From: Candidatus Xenobia bacterium
GTDB taxonomy: Bacteria; Vulcanimicrobiota; Xenobia; Xenobiales; QWHO01
Assembly (NCBI GenBank): GCA_045863235.1
Contig: BTUM01000133.1
Location: forward strand, 1 to 13,140
Length of the DNA: 13,140 bases
Direction: 5' to 3'
Position 1 is the stretch's first letter, and every line of letters starts with the position of its first letter. This document shows positions 5,803-13,140 of this stretch, piece after piece. The translations under genes were made by a program, and so were the position numbers. Under the pieces are notes generated by a model. It saw only the letters and a list, made by a program, of their open reading frames with translations. It was not told the origin of the DNA and did not search any database.

Positions 5803-6264
5803 ATGACGCGCATGCTTCTGGCCCTGCTTTTGGCCCTGCCCTTGATCGCCGAGCCGCCCGACTTGGAGCAGCAAATCTTTATAAAAACAAACCAGGAGCG
5901 CTTGAAACTGGGTCTGACGCCCCTGAAGAACGCCTCCGTGCTGGCTGATTGCGCGCGCCAACACTCACAGGAGATGTTCGAGCTCGGATACTTTTCCCAC
6001 GTATCTCCGACCCCCGGCCGGGCAACCACCCGTGATCGAGTCAATGCCTTCGGAGTGACCTCACACACGATGGGGGAGAACATCTTTATGTGCTCGGGCC
6101 AGAAGCTCGAAGACGTGCCACAACTAACGATCAAGAGGCTCATGAGCAGCCCCTCCCATCGCGAGAACATCCTCAGCACCAACTTTACGTCGCTTGGAGT
6201 GGGAGTTTACGTCTCCGGTCCCAACGTCTACGTGACCCAGGTGTTCAGCGCCGACCTGGAGTGA
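5803..6264 (+). CDS. Secreted CAP (SCP/YkwD-like) domain protein (153 aa)
   Basis: Signal peptide MTRMLLALLLALPLIA; motifs TNQER, ARQHSQEM..GYFSH, GENI, SPSHRENIL, GVGV and VTQVF. Confidence 0.9.
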   Translation: MTRMLLALLLALPLIAEPPDLEQQIFIKTNQERLKLGLTPLKNASVLADCARQHSQEMFELGYFSHVSPTPGRATTRDRVNAFGVTSHTMGENIFMCSGQKLEDVPQLTIKRLMSSPSHRENILSTNFTSLGVGVYVSGPNVYVTQVFSADLE

Positions 6265-7976
6265 CCGAGCAAGAGCGCCTCGAGCTCGACCCCGAAAAGG
6301 CAGCCCAGCGCAAACGGCGGGCCGCCCGCCGGCTGCATGTGGTGGAGATCCCCCTTTACCGGATGATCGGGATGCTCTTCATGGTCTTGCTGGTGCGTCT
6401 GCATCCCACCGATCCCTGGCCCACCTGGGTCTGGCTCTTCCCCACCCTCTCGCTGGGCTACGCCGCCGTCAGCTGGCTCATCTTGTACCGCTGGGATCGC
6501 CTGGGACTGGTCTTTCTGTATCTTGACGTTCTGATCTACTGTCTCACCATCTACCTGACCGGGGTGGAGGAGAGCTGGTACATCTTCCTCCTGATCATCC
6601 GCGTGGCCGATCAGATCCCGGCCGGCCCCCGCCGCACTCTGGCCTTCGCCCACTTCAACCTGGCCTGCTACGTGCTGATGCTGGGCTTTGCCAGCATGGC
6701 CGGACATCACGTGCAGGGCCCGGCGGCGGTGCAGAAGGCACTCATCATCTACCTGAGCGGGCTTTACCTTTGCCTCAGCGCCCTGACGGCCGAGCGGCTG
6801 CGCCAGCGGGCCGCCAATGCCCTGCGTACCTCGCGCCACCTGATCGTCGAGCTCGAGCAGCGCACCCGCGAGCTGGAGGAGGCCAACCAGGCCAAGACGC
6901 GCTTCCTGGCCAACACTTCCCACGAGCTGCGCACCCCGATGAACGGGGTGCTGGGCATGCTCGACCTGACCCTGGATACGCAGCTCAGCGACCAGCAGCG
7001 CTCCTACCTGCGCGACGCCCGCGATTCGGCCAGCTCGCTCTTGCGGGTCCTCAACGACATCCTGGACGTGAGCAAGCTCGAGTCGGGCCGTTTCACCATC
7101 CAGCCCGGGCCCTTCGAGCTCAGACAGTTCCTGCACGAGGTGCACAGTTTCTTCGTGGCCCGGGCCCACAGCCAGGGAGTCGAGCTCGACCTGGTGATGG
7201 GCTCGAACCTGCCTGAGCGAGTGCGAGGAGACCGTGACCGGCTGCGGCAGATCCTGCTCAACCTGCTCGACAACGCCTTCAAGTTTACCCTCCAGGGAAC
7301 GGTGACCTTGAGCGCTCACTGGAAGGACGGCCTATTCCGCGGCTCGGTGCGGGATACCGGCCGGGGGATCGAGCCCGAGAAGCTCGACAAGGTCTTCGAG
7401 CCTTTCGTGCAGGGGGACGACTCGATGACCCGCGAGCAGGGAGGCACCGGGTTGGGACTGGCCATCTGCCGCGAGCTGGCCCAGTTGATGGGAGGCAACC
7501 TGACGGCCTCGAGCCAGCCAGGCCAGGGCTCTGAGTTCGTGCTGGAGGTTCCGCTGGAGGTGCTGGCCGACAGGGCGGCCCCCTCTCTGGCCCCCGCCAC
7601 CGAGCATCCTGGCCGTGCGCTCAAGGTGCTGGTGGCCGAAGACAACCCGGTCAACCAGCGCGTCTGCGCCCGCATGCTCGAACGCTTCGGACATCGTCCG
7701 GTGCTGGCCTCGGACGGTCACCAGGCCCTGGCGCTGCTGGAAAGAGAGAGCTTCGACCTGGTGCTGATGGACATCCAGATGCCCGGCATCGATGGCCTCG
7801 AGGTCACCCGCCGCGTGCGCGAGAGCGGAGGCACAGTGCCCATCGTCGCCCTCACCGCCCACGCCACGACGGGCTACCGCGAGCACTGCCTGAGCCAGGG
7901 GATGGACGGCTATCTGGACAAGCCCATCCGGATGGAGGACCTCAGGCAGGTGCTGGAGCAGTACGACCGAGCATGA
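6261..7976 (+). CDS. Membrane-bound hybrid sensor histidine kinase (TM region - HisKA - HATPase - REC), 571 aa
   Basis: H-box SHELRTPMNG, N-box QILLNLLDNAFKFT, G1 DTGRGI, G2 GGTGLGL and receiver DLVLMDIQMP. The GTG start at 6261 overlaps the CAP stop (GTGA). Confidence 0.93.
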   Translation: MTEQERLELDPEKAAQRKRRAARRLHVVEIPLYRMIGMLFMVLLVRLHPTDPWPTWVWLFPTLSLGYAAVSWLILYRWDRLGLVFLYLDVLIYCLTIYLTGVEESWYIFLLIIRVADQIPAGPRRTLAFAHFNLACYVLMLGFASMAGHHVQGPAAVQKALIIYLSGLYLCLSALTAERLRQRAANALRTSRHLIVELEQRTRELEEANQAKTRFLANTSHELRTPMNGVLGMLDLTLDTQLSDQQRSYLRDARDSASSLLRVLNDILDVSKLESGRFTIQPGPFELRQFLHEVHSFFVARAHSQGVELDLVMGSNLPERVRGDRDRLRQILLNLLDNAFKFTLQGTVTLSAHWKDGLFRGSVRDTGRGIEPEKLDKVFEPFVQGDDSMTREQGGTGLGLAICRELAQLMGGNLTASSQPGQGSEFVLEVPLEVLADRAAPSLAPATEHPGRALKVLVAEDNPVNQRVCARMLERFGHRPVLASDGHQALALLERESFDLVLMDIQMPGIDGLEVTRRVRESGGTVPIVALTAHATTGYREHCLSQGMDGYLDKPIRMEDLRQVLEQYDRA

Positions 7977-9223
7977 GATTTCTCTGGGGAGCGGCCACCG
8001 CCAGCTACCAGATCGAGGGCGCCTGGAACGAAGACGGCAAGGGCGAGTCGATCTGGGATCGCTTTTCGCACACCCCTGGCAAGATCCACAACGCAGACAC
8101 CGGGGACGTGGCCTGCGACCACTACCACCGCTGGCGCGAGGACATCGCCCTGATGAAGGAGTTGGGGCTGGGTGCCTACCGCTTCAGCCTTTCCTGGCCG
8201 CGCATCCTGCCGCAGGGAACCGGTCAGGTCAATGCACGCGGGCTCGACTTTTACAGCCGGCTGGTGGACGGGTTGCTCGAGGCCGGCATCAAGCCCTTCG
8301 TGACCCTGTATCACTGGGATCTGCCCCAGGCCCTGGAGGATGAGGGCGGCTGGCAGAACCCGTCCATGGGCGACTGGCTGACCGAGTACGCGCTGGTGGT
8401 GGCCGAGCGCCTGGGAGACCGGGTGGGCCACTTCATGGTGCTCAATGAGCCGTGGGTATTCACCTGGTACGGCTATCACGAGGGGATCCACGCCCCTGGC
8501 AAGCAGGGCCTGTTCGTGCCCGTGAGCCACCAGGTCAATCTGGCCCACGCCCGGGCCCTGAACGCCCTCAAGGGCCAGTACCCCAACCTGGAGGTGGGCT
8601 CGGCCTTCAGCTTCGCGCCCTCCTATTCTCTCGGCCCCCAGGACGAGGAGGCCGCGGCGCGCCAGCACGCCTTCAACAACGACTGGTTCCTGCGTCCACT
8701 GTTGCGGGGATCGTATCCCGAGGGCCTGTGGGAGATGCCCGAGCCGGTGGCGGCGCCGCTCGACTTCATCGGAGTCAACCTCTACTTCCGCCAAATCGTG
8801 CAAGACGACCCGAGCGACGAGTTCCTGGGCGTGAAGCTGGTGGAAGGGCCCGGTTGGAAGACCGACATCGGCTGGGAGGTCTGGCCCGAGGCCCTCTCGC
8901 GCATGCTCACCTGGCTCTCGGAGGAGTACCGGCTCCCCCTCTACGTGACCGAGAACGGCTGCGCCCTGGACGAGCCGACCGCGGACCAGCGCCGCATCGA
9001 ATACCTCGACGGCCACATCCGCGAGGCCCTCAAGGCCCGCGACGCCGGCGCCGACCTGCGCGGATACTTCTGTTGGAGCCTGCTCGACAACTTCGAGTGG
9101 GCCTGGGGCTATCGCCAGCGCTTCGGCCTGGTGCACGTCGACTATGCGAGCCAGAAGCGCACGGTGAAGGCCAGCGGGCGCTGGTACCACGACAGCTTCG
9201 GGCGTGCTATAATGCCGGTGTGA
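7973..9223 (+). CDS. Glycoside hydrolase family 1 beta-glucosidase (416 aa)
   Basis: FLWGAATASYQIEGA, DHYHRW, YRFSLSWPRI, TLYHWDLP, acid/base NEP, nucleophile VTENG, WSLLDNFEW. ATGA overlap with the kinase stop. Confidence 0.95.
   Translation: MRFLWGAATASYQIEGAWNEDGKGESIWDRFSHTPGKIHNADTGDVACDHYHRWREDIALMKELGLGAYRFSLSWPRILPQGTGQVNARGLDFYSRLVDGLLEAGIKPFVTLYHWDLPQALEDEGGWQNPSMGDWLTEYALVVAERLGDRVGHFMVLNEPWVFTWYGYHEGIHAPGKQGLFVPVSHQVNLAHARALNALKGQYPNLEVGSAFSFAPSYSLGPQDEEAAARQHAFNNDWFLRPLLRGSYPEGLWEMPEPVAAPLDFIGVNLYFRQIVQDDPSDEFLGVKLVEGPGWKTDIGWEVWPEALSRMLTWLSEEYRLPLYVTENGCALDEPTADQRRIEYLDGHIREALKARDAGADLRGYFCWSLLDNFEWAWGYRQRFGLVHVDYASQKRTVKASGRWYHDSFGRAIMPV
9205..9213 (+). promoter_or_regulatory. 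Extended -10 promoter inside the 3' end of the GH1 gene
   Basis: Perfect TGnTATAAT (TGCTATAAT) in GC-rich context, 6 nt before GTG 9220. Confidence 0.6.
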
Positions 9224-9294
9224 AGCCGGTGCTCGCCCGGGCCCCCGAGAAGTGGCAGGCCGACCTGCAGGGCCTCTTGAAGCAGCCCGCGTGA
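9220..9294 (+). CDS. Putative 24-aa small ORF MKPVLARAPEKWQADLQGLLKQPA
   Basis: All 24 codons end in G/C. Its GTG overlaps the GH1 stop and its TGA overlaps the aminotransferase GTG. Confidence 0.5.
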   Translation: MKPVLARAPEKWQADLQGLLKQPA

Positions 9295-10568
9295 GCGAGC
9301 CGATCCCGGGTTTTCGTACCGTGCCCCGCACCGGGGTCATCTACGTCATGAGCCGCGCCGCCGAGCTGGGCTTCTCCTACGGACATCCCGAGTGGGCCAA
9401 CCTGGGCCAGGGCTCGCCGGAAACCGGTCCGCTGCCGGGCTCTCCGCCCCGCATCGAAGCCCTCCAGGTCAAGCCGTCGCTGCAGGCTTACAGCCCTGTG
9501 GAAGGCCTGCTCGAGCTGCGCGAGAAGGTGGCCGTCTTCTACAACACCGTCTACCGCAAAGGCCAGCGCTCTTTGTATACGGCCGAGAACGTCTCCATCG
9601 CCGGGGGCGGGCGGTTGGCCCTGACCCGGGTGGCGGCGGCCCTGGACGCCATCAACATGGGCTACTTCATCCCCGACTACACGGCCTATGAGGAGCTGCT
9701 CTCGGGCTTCAAGAACTTCGTGCCCATCCCCATCCTGCTCGACCCCTCCTCGGGCTACAAGATCAGCCAGGGCGACCTGCGCAAGGAGGTTCTGGGGCGC
9801 GGCCTCTCGGCCGTGCTGGTCTCCAACCCCACCAACCCCACCGGCCAGCTGGCCGAGGGCAACGAGCTGAAAGCCTGGGTGCGGCTGGCGCGCGAGTGCC
9901 GCTGCACCTTCATTCTGGACGAGTTCTACTCCCACTTCATCTACACCGGCTCTTCCCCGGCCGAGGGCAAGATGGTCAGCGCCGCCGCCTACGTCGAGGA
10001 CGTGGAGGAGGATCCGGTGCTGATCGTGGACGGCCTGACCAAGAACTGGCGCTATCCCGGCTGGCGCATCAGCTGGACGGTGGGGCCGCGCTCCATCATC
10101 GAGGCCATCGCCAGCGCCGGCTCGTTCCTCGACGGCGGTGCCAACCACCCTTTCCAGCAGCAGGCCGTGGCCCTGCTCGACCCGGAGCTGGCCCTGGCCG
10201 AGACGGTGGCCCTGCAGACCTGCTTTTGGGAGAAGCGGGCCTATATGCTGCAGCGCCTCAAGGAGATGGGGATCGAGCCCGACGCCGACCCGGAGGGCGC
10301 CTTCTACGTGTGGGCCAACCTCTCGAGGCTGCCCGAGCCGCTCAACCGGGGCATGGCCTTCTTCGAGGCCGGCCTGAAGGAGAAGGTGATCACCGTGCCC
10401 GGCGTGTTCTTCGACGTCAACCCTGGCAAGCGCCGCTCCAACATGCGCTACGAGCACTACGCGCGCATCAGCTTCGGTCCAGAGATGGCCGTACTCGAGC
10501 GCGGGCTGGACGCCCTGGCCCGGGTGGTGGCGTCAGCGGGCGTCGCTCGGAGCCGGGCTTCGGCTTGA
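9291..10568 (+). CDS. PLP-dependent aminotransferase class I/II (425 aa)
   Basis: NLGQG.PE, SNPTNPTG, ILDEFY, PLP-lysine motif GLTKNWRYPGWRI, PEGAFY and RISFG. GTG start at 9291. Confidence 0.93.
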   Translation: MSEPIPGFRTVPRTGVIYVMSRAAELGFSYGHPEWANLGQGSPETGPLPGSPPRIEALQVKPSLQAYSPVEGLLELREKVAVFYNTVYRKGQRSLYTAENVSIAGGGRLALTRVAAALDAINMGYFIPDYTAYEELLSGFKNFVPIPILLDPSSGYKISQGDLRKEVLGRGLSAVLVSNPTNPTGQLAEGNELKAWVRLARECRCTFILDEFYSHFIYTGSSPAEGKMVSAAAYVEDVEEDPVLIVDGLTKNWRYPGWRISWTVGPRSIIEAIASAGSFLDGGANHPFQQQAVALLDPELALAETVALQTCFWEKRAYMLQRLKEMGIEPDADPEGAFYVWANLSRLPEPLNRGMAFFEAGLKEKVITVPGVFFDVNPGKRRSNMRYEHYARISFGPEMAVLERGLDALARVVASAGVARSRASA

Positions 10569-10618
10569 GTATATCGGTCCGGCACGAGGCAACCGCCACA
10601 CGACCCGAGTCCCCGGAG

Positions 10619-11140
10619 CTAGTGCCTCGCTGCCAGGAACAAGGCCAGCTCCTCCATCTGCCACTCTTGCAGGCGCACAGGGTAGACTGACTCCGCGCCC
10701 GTCACGGTGACTCCGAGCGCACCGGTTCTGGCTGCGCTCTCCAGGGCTGCCCTCCAGCCATCGCCGGGCGTAATCACAACCATGCAGGCCGGAAACGAGT
10801 TCTCCCAGCCCTCGTCAAACCCCAGTTGCTGCTGCAAGGCCTCAAACTCGTTCTGAGGCTCGTAAGCATAAGGGATGGCCCAGCCGCCCGGCCCGAGCCG
10901 TAGCTCGAAGTAATTCAGCATGAGGACCAGGGCGTCTTGAAAGGCCCGCAGGTGAATCCAATAAGCCAGCTCGGTGGAAAAGGGGAGCTGATCGGGGGGG
11001 AGGACCATCACGCTCAGACGCTCCCGGCCAGGAAGCTCCACGCTCCTGAGAGAGTCTGGCTGGGGCTGAAAGGCCGGCACGGCAAACAGCCTGTCGAGGA
11101 GGTCGGGATCAATAGGCTTGAGATTGAGTTTCTTTGCCAT
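10619..11140 (-). CDS. Hypothetical protein (173 aa), probably leaderless
   Basis: Fills the gap between the aminotransferase and GH13 genes with globular-protein composition. TGCTAAGCT lies 6 nt before the ATG; no family recognised. Confidence 0.7.
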   Translation of the reverse strand: MAKKLNLKPIDPDLLDRLFAVPAFQPQPDSLRSVELPGRERLSVMVLPPDQLPFSTELAYWIHLRAFQDALVLMLNYFELRLGPGGWAIPYAYEPQNEFEALQQQLGFDEGWENSFPACMVVITPGDGWRAALESAARTGALGVTVTGAESVYPVRLQEWQMEELALFLAARH

Positions 11141-11146
11141 GACTTG

Positions 11147-11155
11147 AGCTTAGCA
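11147..11155 (-). promoter_or_regulatory. Extended -10 promoter of the 173-aa gene
   Basis: TGCTAAGCT (TGnTAnnnT) at 11155-11147, then 6 nt, then ATG at 11140. Confidence 0.5.
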
Positions 11156-11195
11156 GGGACGGGCAAGGGAATTTTCCCAGAGCCAACAAGCGCCA

Positions 11196-12929
11196 TCAAG
11201 CTCGGTAGATCTCCCCGCCCGCCCGGCTGACCGCCGGGAGCCGCCCGCTCAGCCGCTCTCCGCCGAGCAATCCGACCAGCGAAAAACCGGGCAGCTCCAC
11301 CGCTTCGGCCGGCCCCCTGCGCACGTCCACCACCAGCCGCTCGTCGCGCGAGCGGCGCTCGAGCACCACGCGGTCGGCGCCCACGTGCAGCACCCGGAAG
11401 CCCCCCCGCCTCAGAGCCGACGAGCTGCGGCGCAACCCGCAGAGCCGCTTTACCAGCTCGCGGGTAGCCTGGCACCAGCGCTCCTCTTGCCACACCATGG
11501 GGGCCCGGTTGTGCGGATCGCGCCCTCCGCTCATCCCGACCTCGTCGCCGTAGTACACGCAGGGCACGCCCGGGAAGGCGAAGAGCAGCACCATGGCGGC
11601 CTGGATCCGGTCCAGGTCCTCGCCCAGCAAGAAGCGGATGCGGGGCATGTCGTGGCTGCCCAGCTGGTTGAACTGCAGGCGGGCGACCTGCCAGGGGATG
11701 GCGCTCAGGAAGGCCAGCCACTGAGCCACCAGGGCGTTGGTGGGCAGAGGGCGGCCCTCGCCGTGGGGGGCCTTCTGGTGGAAGGCCAGGTCGCCTCCCG
11801 AGAGCCAGTGGATCACCGGCACGGTGAAGCCGCGGTAGTTCATGCTAGCGTCCAGCTCTTCGCCCTGCAGGTGGGGGGTGCCGTCGAAGAAGTGCTCGCC
11901 CAACAGGTAAGCCTCGGGATTCTCGGCCTTGACCGCCCGGCGCAGGGCGCGACCGATCTTGTGGCCCAGCTGGCTCTCGCCCTGGCGGGCCAGCATGTTG
12001 GCCACGTCCAGGCGCCAGCCATCCAGCCGGTAAGGCGGACGGAGCCAGTGGCGCAGGATCGAGATCATCTCCTCGCGCAGCAAGGCGCTGCGATAGTTGA
12101 GCTTGGGCAGCGACCTCACCCCCAGCCAGCACTCGTATTCGTCGGGATGACGCAGGAAGCTGAAGAACTCGGCGGTGGGGGCGTTCTTGTCCTGCAAAGC
12201 CTGCACGAACCAGGGATGGGTCTCGCCGCAGTGATTGGGCACCACGTCCAGGATCAGGCGCATCCCCTGGCGGTGCACCGCGTCCATGAGCGAGGCGAAA
12301 GCCCGGTCGCCGCCGAGGTGGGGATCCACCTCCCGGTAGTCGGCCACGTCGTACTTGTGGGAGGAGGGCGCGGTGAAGATGGGATTGAGATAGATGGCGT
12401 TGCAGCCGAGCTCTTGCAGGTAGTCGAGCTTCTGCTCCAGGCCGGGCAGGTCGCCTCCGAAGAACTCGTGCCACCCGGTCTTTGCCTGTGGGAGCTCATG
12501 CCAGGCCCGGGCGATCACCGGCTTCCCCGAGCAAAGATACTCGCCATTCTGCACGTTGCTCTCGCTCTCGCCATCGTAGAACCGGTCGGGGAAGACCTGG
12601 TAGAAGACGGCATCCTCGAGCCAGGCGGGCGACTCGAAGCGGGTCAGGTGGCGAAAGTCGGTGGCGTCTGTGGGCGTGTGGCGGGTCAGCCCGGCGGCGC
12701 TGAGCCAGAAAGCGCCTTCGGCGGTCTTGAGGTAGAAGCGATACCCCAGGCGGGGCGCCGAGAGGGGCAGGACGGCCGTGAGGTCGGAATTCATCGGCAG
12801 CATCACCTCCTCTCCGTCGGGGGCGGTGCGGACGAAGGCCTGCTCCACCCCCTCGGCCTCGAGCCTCAGCTCGAGCCCGTCCGGGCGGCGTGTGCAGAAA
12901 AGGTCGCTGGAGTCGTGGTAGGCTTGCAT
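11196..12929 (-). CDS. malZ: GH13 maltodextrin glucosidase / neopullulanase-like enzyme (577 aa)
   Basis: FYQVFPDRF, GGDL.G..KLDYL, SHKYD, nucleophile GWRLDVA, acid/base GEHF, SHD and YYGDEVG. The N-terminal RTAPDGEE and LDASMNYRGF motifs are MalZ-like. ATG at 12929. Confidence 0.85.
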   Translation of the reverse strand: MQAYHDSSDLFCTRRPDGLELRLEAEGVEQAFVRTAPDGEEVMLPMNSDLTAVLPLSAPRLGYRFYLKTAEGAFWLSAAGLTRHTPTDATDFRHLTRFESPAWLEDAVFYQVFPDRFYDGESESNVQNGEYLCSGKPVIARAWHELPQAKTGWHEFFGGDLPGLEQKLDYLQELGCNAIYLNPIFTAPSSHKYDVADYREVDPHLGGDRAFASLMDAVHRQGMRLILDVVPNHCGETHPWFVQALQDKNAPTAEFFSFLRHPDEYECWLGVRSLPKLNYRSALLREEMISILRHWLRPPYRLDGWRLDVANMLARQGESQLGHKIGRALRRAVKAENPEAYLLGEHFFDGTPHLQGEELDASMNYRGFTVPVIHWLSGGDLAFHQKAPHGEGRPLPTNALVAQWLAFLSAIPWQVARLQFNQLGSHDMPRIRFLLGEDLDRIQAAMVLLFAFPGVPCVYYGDEVGMSGGRDPHNRAPMVWQEERWCQATRELVKRLCGLRRSSSALRRGGFRVLHVGADRVVLERRSRDERLVVDVRRGPAEAVELPGFSLVGLLGGERLSGRLPAVSRAGGEIYRA

Positions 12930-12982
12930 GCGGGATAGGATCGAAGCCGGGCGGGCAACTCCTGCCTTAGAAGCAAATCCGT

Positions 12983-13140
12983 GCAAAGTTGACAGCCCGT
13001 GCGTCTGCTCATGTGCTGACACCGCCTGTCAACTCGGTCGGGGCAAAGTTGACAGCTCGCGCGTCTGCTCATGAGCTGACACCGGGCCTGTCAACTCGGT
13101 CGGGGCAAAGTTGACAGCTCGCGCGTCTGCTCATGAGCTG
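12983..13140. repeat. Tandem 60-62-bp palindromic repeat array, running off the right edge
   Basis: Units start at 12983, 13043 and 13105. Complete units carry a 9-bp inverted repeat AGTTGACAG...CTGTCAACT around a central GCTCATGAGC palindrome (GCTCATGTGC in unit 1). Confidence 0.93.

Noticed and set aside
3139..12938. Long antisense and alternate-frame ORFs (e.g. 3139-4455, 6228-7319, 7910-9340, 8452-9294, 9207-10457, 11385-12938)
   Set aside because: Shadow ORFs expected from high GC3 in or opposite well-supported genes; no recognisable motifs.
2851..13022. N-terminal extensions in the ORF track (starts 2851, 5188, 6090, 9252, 13022)
   Set aside because: They run into neighbouring genes, intergenic DNA or repeats. 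Domain boundaries and stop/start overlaps favour 2941, 5803, 6261, 9291 and 12929.
12989..13032. TTGACA hexamers in the right array as sigma70 -35 boxes
   Set aside because: No TAnnnT -10 box at 16-18 nt spacing on either strand.
12987..13140. IscB omega-RNA/HEARO element, suggested by GTTGAC/GTCAAC
   Set aside because: Short tandem units without the larger scaffold, and no IscB/TnpB ORF in view.

Overview
GC-rich bacterial chromosomal window with repeat arrays at both ends. The left ~4.7 kb looks accessory. It opens with REP-like hairpin repeats and an array of four ~85-bp structured units (103-495). Next come two diverged copies (494-871, 2455-2833) of a ~380-bp block made of a conserved structured leader and a 71-aa ORF ending in -LAA. 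The copies differ at 13 synonymous versus 3 non-synonymous codons and bracket a DUF6930/DUF7309-like gene and a small membrane-protein gene. A VOC/glyoxalase gene, an Imm17-like gene, a DUF4272 gene and tRNA-Ala(CGC) with a consensus sigma70 promoter follow. The middle holds an internally duplicated membrane protein and a stop/start-overlapped run: CAP protein, hybrid histidine kinase, GH1 beta-glucosidase, a hidden 24-aa ORF and a PLP aminotransferase. The right side holds a hypothetical protein, a GH13 maltodextrin glucosidase-like gene and a 60-62-bp palindromic tandem array. The best candidate for an undescribed system is the repeat array plus the duplicated leader/71-aa module. Family assignments come from motif recall; no database searches were run.
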